From contig NC_068987.1 of NCBI RefSeq assembly GCF_001194135.2, forward strand, positions 51,072,825 through 51,105,845: 33,021 nucleotides of DNA, written 5' to 3'. The position numbers and the translations under genes are program-made. The notes beneath the pieces were generated by a model, which saw nothing but the letters and a program-made list of their open reading frames with translations, ran no database searches and had not been told where the DNA came from. Below are positions 1-10,880 of this stretch, in pieces. The DNA comes from Octopus bimaculoides. Lineage: Eukaryota. How positions within the stretch are numbered: the stretch's first letter is position 1; each line of letters starts with the position of its first letter.

Positions 1-303
1 TATAGTTTCTTCAATGAGAACATTGACCAAGGTTACCGTGGTCTTTTCCGTAGGCTTTTCTTTCCACGGCCAAACCTAAACTGTCCTCCCCTCCTTTTAC
101 ACGAGAACATTACTGTGTGATACACGATCCCTATTGATCGCCCTTTTTTTTTTTGATCCCTTTTGATCGAACTCCCCCCTTTTCCTTCCTACGATCCCTT
201 TTGATCGACCCCCCCTTTTTTTCCCTTCCCCCTCCCCAAAAGAAAAGCTCTACATTGTATTTGTCCCATCTTCGTTGAGCCCTGTGTGGCTAATAAAAGA
301 AAT
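1..303 (+). mobile_element. 3' UTR/end of a Tx1/L1-like non-LTR retrotransposon, running off the window start
   Basis: Pyrimidine-rich UTR ending TTGTATTTGTCCC...GAGCCCTGTGTGGCT-AATAAAA (AATAAA at 292-297), followed by short ATCT repeats. Same end architecture as the Tx1 3' ends at 9777 and 10881. No ORF2 is visible, so the family is inferred. Confidence 0.55.
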
Positions 304-658
304 GTATCTATCTATCAGCCATATATTTATTTATTTATTTCATTTTTCTTAATTAAACTTACATAATATGCCGAGAAATCTAACTCCATTGTGAGTATAT
401 GTTTATATGTGTGTGCAGAAAGGCTGGCATTTGATTTGATTGTATTTTTTTTGCCTTTGCAGTTAATATTAAGTATGAAGAATATTTAATTTGAGGGGAA
501 ATCCAATATACAACAGGCAGAAATAATCTGATTAACTTTACTGAAGTGTTAATATTTAGGCGATTAATTATCTAAAGGTTTCAACAAACCTTCAAGCAAG
601 GATGTACTTTATGATTAAAAAACATGCTTACAGGAGCACCAGTTCATTTCTCTGACAA

Positions 659-660
659 GA

Positions 661-713
<53 letters not shown>

Positions 714-724
714 CTCTCTGTCTG

Positions 725-762
<38 letters not shown>

Positions 763-774
763 TANNNNNNNNNN

Positions 775-840
<66 letters not shown>

Positions 841-860
841 ACATACACATACACACACAT
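659..860. repeat. Compound microsatellite (ATCT)n-(CT)n-(TA)n-(CA)n-gap-(TA)n-(GA)n
   Basis: Directly visible; includes the 10-N gap at 765-774. Confidence 0.97.
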
Positions 861-955
861 ATATACATAGGTACATACATATATAAACATATCTGAAATG
901 TCACGCACTATTATGTGTAATATGTATACTTTATACATATACTGTATATATATCA

Positions 956-1492
956 GAAATGAAAACTTTACTATATATATGTCTGTGTGTATGTGTGTGT
1001 GTGCATGTGTATAAGCGCGCGCGTGTGTGAATGTGCACATGTGTGCGTGCATTTGCATCTTTGTATTATGCACGTCACCGAAGTGAAATATATTACACCC
1101 GTGAATAAGTGTTGTTATCGTTTTTCTGTGCAGTAACAATTGCATCTAAATATGTAACACCAGATCGCATGCCTGCTGTCTTTATAAAGTTTGTTACGAA
1201 GGCTCTGTTCACTCCAAATGAATTGTTTTCACTTTGTAAAGAACTAGATTAGCTGATATTTAAGAGCTATCACTGCTGTTTTTCTCTTAGATTGGAACCG
1301 TTCTTTAGAGAGTTTTTATCTACGGATTCCAGTAATAATGAAGAAATGAAGATTCTACTATATATATATATGTGAGTGTGTGTGCGTGTGTGTGTGTGTG
1401 TGCATACGTGTGTGCGTTTTGGACTTGAATTTTTGCATTATGCACACCATTGAAGTGAAGTATATTACACTTGTGAATAAGTGGTTTTATTG
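956..1492 (+). repeat. Old direct duplication of a ~160-bp microsatellite-containing module (956-1120 and 1343-1492)
   Basis: Cores 1061-1111 and 1433-1483 match at 43/51 nt. Both copies start GAAATGAA.A.T.TACTATATATAT followed by TG repeats. Confidence 0.85.
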
Positions 1493-2059
1493 ATAATCTC
1501 ACTTCATTGAAGTTTTTCCCACTTTCACTATATGTGAAAGCTCTATTGTATCTGTATTCCGTCTTTCCATTCGACTGTCCGTCAGACAGTGCCTTTTATT
1601 TCTCTCTGTATAAGTATATACGTATGTATGTATGTATGTATGTATGTATGTATGTAGGGATGAATGGATGGAAGCGTGCATACGTATGTGTGTGAGTATG
1701 TATATATATATAGGTAGGTAGGTAGGTTTATCGTCTGGATTTCGAGTTAGTTTTGAGTTGATTTTGCTTGGTAGCAAGGTTTTAAAAGAAAGCAGCTTGT
1801 TTTGTTCATCGTCCTTGAAACCTTAAGAAATCTGATATCGTGGTCTTTGAATGGAGGCGATGCATTCTCTCTCCAAGAGCCCTAATTCAGCCATACTTTG
1901 TTCCAGGTATGTTTTGTTCCAATAATAATAGTTATAAAGTTGAAAGCGTATCTTAGGTACTGCATTTGCAAATTTAACAACGATCCATAAAAACCGACTT
2001 TCTCTTTCTTTTTCTAACCATATAGGTTAAACAAATATCTAAGAAAAAGGAAAATAATT

Positions 2060-3626
2060 GTAAAAAAGAAAACTCGTGTTTTTAGTTATCAAAAGTATAT
2101 TTATTTGCTTATTGTATTTAGTCAAGTACAAACATTTCGTCCGCTTCTGGTACATCGTCATAAATCATCAAACCCCGAACTTCAGACTGAATTTCTTGGA
2201 AAACCATTTACTGTATAATCAATCTCATGTTTGGCAATATAACGTTCCTTAAATGAATACTTTTTGTCCGAGTACCCTGCTCGTAGTGCATTGGCAACGC
2301 AACTGTCGGGGATTTGATTCCATGAATTCTTCATCCAATTCATTACTTCTTGAAGGTTGGGCATGACAAAGTTTCCACGCTGATTTCTCTCCATGTTATG
2401 TTCGATATAGTCATTCACTTCCATCGGCAAATAATCCTTGAAGCGCTTGTTTATTACAAGATCTAATGTATGTAGATATGAAGTCATTCCCGCGGGAATA
2501 ATTATGTGGTCAATTCTTCTTTCAGAAAGGTAAGTTTGCATATCTTTTGTGCAATGAGTACTGGCTGAATCCCAGACTAAAAGACCTCTTTGAGAACCAC
2601 GTAAAGCAAGTGGCATAGTTATATCAACCTATTTTCTTCTAACAGCTTGTGTGCACCAAGACGATTCCATTTAATACAGGCCCGAAACTCGTTTCATTTT
2701 CTCCTTTCTGCTCTTCCTGATGATAAGAGGTGGGGCTTTTGTTCCATCAAGACGAATTGCTAAAATACAAGTAATTCACGCACTTTCATAACCCGTTGAG
2801 GCAATTTAGATTGACGAGGCACCTGTCTGTTTAATTGTCGTTTGCGATACTTGGCCCATAAATACTTCAGTCTCATCCATAGCAATTATATTAGAGAGAT
2901 TGTATTTAAAAATTCGATGCCATCGACGAAGGACTTGAATGCAAGTGCACGTTGAATCACTTCAACATCCTCCCGTTTGAACAGTGTTGTCGATCTTCTT
3001 AGAGAGAGCTCATATTGTCGAAGGAAGTTATCTAACTAATGCGTTGATGCTTTGAATATCTCTGTGGGTATATCCAACTGTGGTGCCATTGCACGAGCAA
3101 ATTCTTGAAAATCAGCCTTGCGTACAACCAAAGCCTTTGTTCTTCTGTCAGCAATCCATCCCAAGGTGATATCTTCCAGCTCCGAAAATAACGGTTGTCG
3201 ACCTCATCCACACTTGCGCTTCTTAGCACTTCCCTCATCCATCTGTCTGTTGAGATTATCTTACTCCGCTCGCCATTTTCGAACCATTCGAAGATCCAAC
3301 ATATTCTCCTTACAGAAAGCCATACGTTTAGTGTTATGTGACTCTTCCACAATTCCTTTCTTGTTCTCCAGTGAATAACTCTTTCTTTTTGCACTCATCT
3401 TGCTTGGGGGAAAAGGGAATCAAGTCAACTCAGTGCATGCGCGCTTAGCGCAGACTTTAACCAAGCTCCGGTAGTTGGTTTATTTTGAAAACCTCAAATA
3501 GTCTTGCTAACAAGCAGATACATTTTTGACTAGGTCATATTTTCGGGGTAGGGCTTATATTAAAAACATCCTGAAAAATCGTGGCAGGGTTTATTTTCGG
3601 AGTATGTCCTATTTTCGGGGAAACAC

Positions 3627-3628
<2 letters not shown>
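2060..3628 (-). mobile_element. Degenerate pogo-superfamily DNA transposon (DD35D, Passer-like); only the 5' TIR is recognisable
   Basis: The 5' terminus reads TA|CCGTGTTTCCCCGAAAATAG (3628 downward), with three subterminal ATTTTCGG motifs (3539, 3593, 3611) and a transposase inside. The left boundary is approximate because no 3' TIR was found. Confidence 0.85.
2118..3398 (-). pseudogene. pogo/Passer-type transposase pseudogene (HTH + CENP-B-type HTH + DDE_1)
   Basis: Manual translation: MSAKRKSYSLENKKGIVEES..., LFSELEDITLGWIADRR, IAMDETEVF, LLVWDSASTH-(35 aa D-to-D spacing)-MTSYLHTLDLVINKRFKD, acidic tail DDVPEADEMFVLD*. Several stops and frameshifts. Confidence 0.92.

Positions 3629-3704
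<76 letters not shown>
3629..3704. repeat. (TA)n tract between the two pogo-type elements
   Basis: Directly visible. Confidence 0.98.
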
Positions 3705-6062
3705 CTGTCTATCAGCTCTTATGCCACCCCGATTTGATGTCCGAAATCCGCCAATATAATTTGCAACACAAACGTTCCTTAATAGCATGCTACCCTGATT
3801 TACCGAAAAATCACAATAAATTACCGTCCAAACAATTTTGTCATACTTGAAAAGCCTTTATAAATATACATACATGATAGAAATCTAGAGGGCACGAACT
3901 TTCAAGTCAACCATTCTAACAGACAATAGCAAAGTGGGAAAGTAGGGCACTTAATCGATTTAGCATGTACTCGTGACGAAAAGTTGATATTCCCTTCTCA
4001 TAAAATTGGGTCTTAATTAATTTTTTTTTGTTTTAAAGAACAAGTTTATAAAAGCGATTATTTTGTTTTCAGTATCATTTTCCAACATGAACACTATTTC
4101 ATGTAAACGCAAACGCTCTACCATTACAGTATCACAGAAACAAGAAGTTATTAAATATCATGAAATTCATCCAAAATCTAGTCAACAAGGTATTGCAGAC
4201 TATTTCAATAATGCATAGGGAGAAAATATCAAACGAAGAACTGTAGTTGACGTTATTCAGCCAAAAGATAATTGGAAAATTATTGAAGATCCAGAGGCAA
4301 GACGTCAAACACACAAATTTAGAAGCTCTTTTTCTATGGTTTACTAGTATTCATACAAATACTAAGAACAGTGTTATAAGAGATGAAATTTTGGGAAACA
4401 AAGCAAGGAAACTCAGTTCAGAATTGAATATAAAAGATTTCAGTTATTTCAATGGTTAGCTTCATAGATTTAAGCAGAGATACTCAATTAAATGTCAGAT
4501 TCTTTCCGCTGAACGTGCTGGCACAGATCAACAGCTCATCACTGCTGGTTTACAGCGAACTAAAGCGAAAATGAAGAAATTTGAATCAAGAAATATTTTT
4601 AATATCGACGAAAGAAGTTCATTTTTTCGCCAATTACCTCATAAATTGCTTACAACAAAAACATTTACCAAAGGCATCAAAAAGCAAAAAGAAAGACTTA
4701 CAGTAACACTGGCATATAATGCTGATGGCAACGAAAAACCTCTTGTTATTGGAAGAGTGTCCAAACCCCGATGTTTTAAAAATTTCAACTACAAACTTTA
4801 TGTAAATTACAACTACAATAACAAAGCTTGGATGAACTTAAGTACGTTTAGCAGATGGATGAAAGATCTTGATAAGAAAATGCGACTTCAGCGACAAAAA
4901 ATTTTACTGATAATGGACAATGTCCCTGGACACAACATACCCGATAAACTCACCAACGTAGAAGTTCACTTTCTCCCACCGACAACAACGTGCTACCTAC
5001 AACCCCTAGACCCCGGAATAATTTACAGCTTCCAATCAAACTTCAAACAGCATCAGGTAGACCAGATAATCACTCAACTAGACGAAAGCAGTACTTATAA
5101 CATCACCCTAACTTATGCTATTCGATGCATCAAAACCTTTGCGACTCTGTGACATCATCTGCTATTTCTAACTGGTGGTACTACACTGATCTCACCCCAA
5201 AACTCGAAAGCACAGACACAGAAGTTGGAAGCAGTGATGACGACGTCAATTAACTACTAGCTGAAATGATTAAACAAACTGCTACTAAACTTAACAGTGA
5301 ACTGTCATTGGTGATGACTGCAGATGAGTCCATTAGCTTCGACGACAATGAAAAATCTTTTGCTGAGATGACCGATCAAGAAATTATTGACTCGGTAAAA
5401 CCGCTAGAACAAAGTGATGACGAGGAACCGGTACCAAATCCTAGCCCTACAACTAAAGATATAAGCAAAGCACTGAATCTTCTTTGTGATTCTATACAAG
5501 CAGAAGAAGATATGACTACTGAAGATTTATTACTTTTAGAAAAATTGGGAAAACGTTTTAATACTATTAAAAATTCTAAATATAAGCAAAAAAATATGTT
5601 GGATTTTTTCACAAAATAAATTTTTAAAATTATTTGTGTTCTTTATTATTTATCATTAAACTTTATTTCTTCAACAAGGAAACATTTGTTAAAAATATTT
5701 CAACTAAAATCTAAAAGATAATCACATTGTATTAAAATTGATGTTATAACAGAGGCATAACTAGCAGAGACGAGGGGAGAAGGACAAGAACAGCAATATC
5801 TTCTTTTCCTCTCTGTTCTCAAATTCCAATTTTATCCCTTTATTTTCTTTGAAATTTTATATGAAAATTTTGTTTACACATCAAAAATCTGGTTTTGCCA
5901 TTCTTCACTTTGCAGAAGTTAGCTACGCTACTCTTATGAAAAAAATTACTATATGATTAGCATTATATCTACTGCAGAAAGAGACCCTAAATTTAACTCC
6001 ATACCCGTTAAACCGCTAATTTGTCATGCTAATGTTAGTAGCAGTGTAACGAAGATGGACTG
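3705..6062 (+). mobile_element. Tigger-like DNA transposon, ~2.36 kb, with degenerate TIRs
   Basis: Left end TA|CTGTCTATCAGCTCTTATGCC; right end (reverse complement) CAGTCCATCTTCGTTACAC. About 14 of 25 positions match. TA/TG microsatellite lies at both ends and the length is typical of Tigger. The TIR call is tentative. Confidence 0.7.
4087..5619 (+). pseudogene. Tigger/CENP-B-like (TIGD4/6-type) transposase pseudogene, DD30D
   Basis: MNTISCKRKRSTITVSQKQEVIKY; LEALFLWF; FSYFNG*LHRFKQRY; IFNIDERSSFF; KERLTVTLAYNADGNEKPLVIG; YNNKAWM; ILLIMDNVPGH-30aa-LQPLDPGII; C-terminal KQKNMLDFF. At least 2 frameshifts and 3 stops. Confidence 0.95.
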
Positions 6063-6550
6063 TGTGTATATATATATATGTATATATAATTTTTTTTGCT
6101 GCTCTTTCTAGCGGGTTAGATGTCCTATTATAGGCATCTCTGTATTTTAATGAATAACATATATATAGTCTATTGACTAATTTTTTTTCTCGCTGGACCA
6201 CTGGTGGTAAATAAAATTTCTGAAATTTTTTTTGCTGCCCTATGATTTATTAATGATAATATATATATATATATATATATANNNNNNNNNNNNNNNNNNN
6301 NNNNNNNNNNNNNNNNNNNNNNNNNNNNNNNNNNNNNNNNNNNNNNNNNNNNNNNNNNNNNNNNNNNNNNNNNNNNNNNNNNNNNNNNNNNNNNNNNNNN
6401 NNNNNNNNNNNNNNNNNNNNNNNNNNNNNNNNNNNNNNNNNNNNNNNNNNNNNNNNNNNNNNNNNNNNNNNNNNNNNNNNNNNNNNNNNNNNNNNNNNNN
6501 NNNNNNNNNNNNNNNNNNNNNNNNNNNNNNNNNNNNNNNNNNNNNNNNNN

Positions 6551-6783
6551 ACCCTTAATGTAGTTCTCGGGGATATTCAACGTGACACAGTGTGACAAGG
6601 CTGACCCTTTCAATTACAGGCACAACAGAAACAGGAAGTAAAAGTGAGAGAAAGTTGTGGTGGAAGAGTACAGCAGGGTTCACCACCATCCCCTGCCGGA
6701 GCCTCGTGGACGTTTAGGTGTTTTCGCTCAATAAACTCTCACAACGCCCGGTCTGGGAATCGAAACCGCGATCCTATGATGCC
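6551..6783 (-). mobile_element. tRNA-derived SINE (octopus-type), 5' clipped; 3' part lost in the gap
   Basis: B-box-like GGTTTCGATTCC (reverse complement of 6756-6767), followed by a GC-richer body I recognise as a common octopus SINE. The A box is missing. Confidence 0.7.
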
Positions 6784-6840
6784 TTCAATATATATATATA
6801 TAACCTGCTCACTGTGATCAAATGTTTGTACCGCCCATTA

Positions 6841-7027
6841 GCTCACTCTCTCCATCAAATCGCCATTATCTGGACAGGTACACGGTGTGCCATGCGGAGT
6901 GATCGTAGAGCAACACAAGATGAAGTTTCTTGCGGAAGACCACTACGTAACACCCGTTCTAGGAATAGAAATAACGATCACTATATTGTAAGTGCTATAC
7001 CCTTGCCACTAAACCATGTGCCCTCAC
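6841..7027 (-). mobile_element. Highly degenerate tRNA-derived (CORE-like) SINE
   Basis: The reverse complement begins GAGGGCACATGGTTTAGTGGCAAGGG (A-box-like TGGTTTAGTGG) and continues into a decayed CORE-like GTGGTCTTCCGCAAGAAACTTCATCTTGTGTTGCTC. Confidence 0.5.
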
Positions 7028-7146
7028 TTGTATATATGTGTGTATCTATATATATAAATGCACACACATAGACAGACACACACATGCATATGTGCGTGTT
7101 CGTGTGTGTTGTGCGAGTTTGTGTCTGAATATGTGAATATGTTTGT

Positions 7147-7177
<31 letters not shown>

Positions 7178-7189
7178 TACACACACACA

Positions 7190-7247
<58 letters not shown>

Positions 7248-8779
7248 NNNNNNNNNNNNNNNNNNNNNNNNNNNNNNNNNNNNNNNNNNNNATATATATA
7301 TATATATATATATATATATAGCAAATAGTGTTTCTTCAGACATTAGTCATAGAATATTAAATACAATAGACATTGCCAGTTTAATAGAAAAATAAAAAAA
7401 AAGAATATCATGTCTTCTTTAATCAGGGAAACACTCACATTAGCCCGTCAAACGAAAACATTTCAAAACAAGACGATTATTGTTGATTAGAAAACATGAA
7501 TAGACTTTATTGAATAAAACATCATTCAAGTGAAAATGCATAAAAAAGATATAATAGGCGTATACAAACACTCCATTTTTTAACAAGATTTTAAACATTT
7601 ACTCAACGATGCAATGACAATAACAAATACTATTTTCATACAAAGTGTTAGAATAATATACATTTCCAATATCTCTTTTGTATAGAATTGGAATTCAAAG
7701 TTTTCAGATCATCTATAACTAGTTTCCTCATGTTTCTAGCTTCTGAGGAAATCTGGTGTATTTAATTGAATAATACCGTTGCAATTATTGGAGTTACAGT
7801 AACACTAAGATTAATTGCATTGGTGTATAATTGTAAATAGTCGAATAAACATACTGTTGAACTACTGACCGAAAACTCCTATAGTGGATATCCTTTCTCC
7901 GTTATTATTTCCCTAGCTGTAAAGGATTATGGCATGTAATACCGTTTTTCTAGAGTAAAGTGAAAGAGCAAGGCGTAACGTTCATTTAAAGTCTGTCAAT
8001 GGTTTTGCTGAAGGTAACAGAACCGTTTCGAATGTATTCTTAGTGAATATCCTTAAGGTGCTTCGAGGCCATAATGACGATGTTTGTTTTATTTACGCAT
8101 TTCTATTTTGCAATTTTGTTAAGACACACACTGGACGCAACAATGTAAAGATTTTGCTGGCCAGCTAAAATTACAGTACAATACATCCAGCTACGATTAG
8201 AGTTACACAGTATACAATTTCCATAACACCTACTTGCCACCTCCTTTCCGTCATCATCAAAACACAATCACATCTCAATGAATGCAACATTCAGGCCATC
8301 ACAAAGCTAGCACACATCCAGTGGAACTACTTCCAGCAAGAGGTATAATTCGAGCTTGTACTCTTCATTTCCTGTTTATTGTTGTTTCTACTGTTGATGT
8401 TAGTGCTCACATTACAGTCTAAATTTTAAGTGTTATTCTTAGTGTTGAGTTCCTGATCAATTATATCTGAGATCAAAGATTTCCCCGCGTACATTTTACA
8501 ACATCACAATTATTAACCACTTTGACAATGATGCTGATTCTGTTTTCCATCAAATACCCGAAAAGCAATAAATATGTTATAAACCTTTAAAAAAAAACCC
8601 ACAGGGACCGTGAATCTTCCTACTAAAGCACGTCATCACGAATGAAGTATTGTAAACAAAATTACATATTCAACTATTACTACCAGCTCTGTCAAAACCT
8701 CAAAACGCAGAGATGAGATAATTTAAAACAATTCTCTAAGCTAAAAAGCACTGAAACTAAACCACACAAAACAGACACA

Positions 8780-9010
8780 ATATCGTCTCGTAAAATTCTT
8801 TTTAAAAAACAATATTTTCCGCAACGAAACAATATTCTCACCAAATTGGTTTTTCTAACATGTAACACGAGTTCAACCACAACCGTCAATTATACATTAC
8901 TCAAAGACCTTACACAAACCAATTAAATTCTACTACATAAAACTTATCTTAAACAACATTGATACCAATAAAGTATTTCACTACGTTACATGTTCTCCGA
9001 TTACAGAACA
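8780..9010 (+). mobile_element. Possible, very decayed Penelope-like RT remnant
   Basis: Frameshifted + strand peptides KFFLKNNIF, HQIGFSNM, LHKPIKF and IDTNKVFHYVTCSP occur in the same order as PLE RT motifs (FILENNYF, QIxGTAMG, LHPxIKF, TDxxxYLHxxSCHP). Each match is weak. Confidence 0.3.
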
Positions 9011-9660
9011 AAATTTCTCCACACCTCTTTAAGTGACAAAATGAGTGTTTACCAAGAAACTAACTCCAAGTTCTTCAAGTATGTTTCCAATACAATACCA
9101 GCTTTCCAGAAACGATACACCAAACGATACACCAAAACAACGTCTACCAATTATTAACTTATATGTGTATATACAATATTCTCATAGCAAGTTATACGCA
9201 AACATCGTTAGAGTTACTTGCACCAGCCTATCCTATAATACTAGCCTGGAGACCTGGTCTGGCTCTAATCAAATAGACTAAAAGAAGAACCTTTCTCCTT
9301 CTTGCCAGCTGCACTATAATACAACTGCTAAACTAAGTCAGAATACACAGCACAAATATACACATAGAAAGAAGACAAGAAGAGTAGCAATTTTATGCAA
9401 AAACAAAACACATCCATTATATGCACAACGCATGCAAGTAATAATGCCAAGGAATATAAAACGACGCAGAAACATATTTGAAGAATGCCAATGGACTATA
9501 CTTGGTCAGCAGCAAGAAAAAATAGCAGTGGTGTTTTTGACAGATTGTTTTAAATCCGTCATGGTTTGCGCCAGTCGAGTTTGGATTACAAGCTGTTTAA
9601 AATGAATCACTACTATCTAAAAGGAAGAAAGTAGATCACATCCAATAACTCACTGTCAAA

Positions 9661-9674
9661 TAATAATGATGATA

Positions 9675-9755
<81 letters not shown>

Positions 9756-9776
9756 GTAGTAATAATAATAATAATG
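9661..9776. repeat. (AAT)n microsatellite, the tail of the adjacent minus-strand Tx1 fragment
   Basis: Directly visible; abuts the LINE AATAAA (reverse complement at 9783-9788). Confidence 0.95.
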
Positions 9777-10450
9777 CTTTCATTTATTTGCCTCTAGGAC
9801 GAATGATGAGGTTGACAATACAAAGACAGACATAAAGTGTGTGGGTTTATATATAATGAAATGATAAAAAATGAAAGAAAGAAAGGAAGTATACACGGTA
9901 TACACTAAAGAAGAAGTGACATATGCATAGCATACATATGTTTTAAAAAAAGTGGCGAGGAGGATGATAGAGATGTAGACCTCCTGATACAAGAAAGCCT
10001 CTAGGGATAATCGAGGGACCCCACTGTCCGAGATTTCCCTGAGACTCCAGGAGCAAGTGCCCTCTACAACTCCTCTCCGACTCACAGATCTACACTTAGA
10101 GAGGTACCATTCTCTCTCGCCATTTCCGTAACTTTCACCCACCTTTCAATAAACTCACTGCAGGACAGCACTTACCTCTACACTCTCATTTGAAAGTTGA
10201 AGAAATCAATGAAAGCTCTACGAAAGAGGAATGTATCTATCCTCATGCCTTTCAGCTTTGTCCAACAAACAACCACATCCACCAGAGCCACCAGGCAAAG
10301 CAAAACTGCCTTGCCTGCCCGATTGAAGACAACAGCAATGCAATCATCAGTACAAACTCAGCCGACAGACGGATCCGTCTTACATATGACAGTAGCTGTT
10401 TGACATAACCTCAAAAGTCAGCAATACCCGGACACTGGACGAGGGCGTGC
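9777..10450 (-). mobile_element. 5'-truncated Tx1/L1-clade LINE (ORF2 C-terminus + 3' UTR)
   Basis: Minus-strand HALVQCPGIADF*GYVKQLLSYVRRIRLSAEFV...FIERWVKVTEMARENGTSLSVDL* (stop ~10082), homologous to the C-terminus at 11200-11499. Ends in AATAAA plus an (ATT)n tail. Confidence 0.8.
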
Positions 10451-10880
10451 AAATATTCTGCTCAATACCACAGATTTGCTTGTCAGTTGTTTGACCTTAA
10501 TAAGTTGAGCATGTCACTTTGTGACTGACGAAGTAGTGTGGGAATATCATAGCCAAGTGTTGAAAAAAAGTCTTTGGGATTTGGATATTTTATTGCTGGA
10601 AACATGGGTGTTTCGTTCGACATCTCTAAACAACCCTTGCTCAGGGACATTTTGAGCGGATAAGCTACACGACCTGAAGCAAATTCTAACTGGGTCGCAC
10701 CTGCAATGTCATGCGTTGATTATCTTGATATGAGATTACCATGTCGCACACATATAGTTGTGATATATGTGTCTGGTGTACCCTTATCAGATTGGTAGCC
10801 ATGATGGGTATACTGGGTTTCTTATATTTTACCCCAGTGTCAATATGACTGCTCTCTCACTCAATAATAATGATAATAAT
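10447..10880 (+). mobile_element. Unclassified interspersed retroposon 3' segment ending in (AAT)n
   Basis: Sequence ...TACCCTTATCAGA...ATGATGGGTATACTGGG...ACCCCAGTGTCA...CTCTCTCACTC-AATAATAAT, recalled as a frequent octopus repeat. Only the tail is direct evidence. Confidence 0.45.

Noticed and set aside
1501-1540. Adjacent small palindromes ACTTCA-T-TGAAGT and CTTTCAC-TATAT-GTGAAAG
   Set aside because: Short AT-rich stems are expected by chance, with no supporting context.
1955-1985. 3' TIR of the Passer-type element (TACTGCATTTGC)
   Set aside because: Too little identity to CCGTGTTTCCCCGAAAATA.
7690-8370. Minus-strand hydrophobic peptides resembling GPCR TM4-TM7 (e.g. NLSVTVTPIIATVLFN)
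   Set aside because: Stop density is close to random, no DRY or NPxxY motif is intact, and T-richness explains the hydrophobicity.
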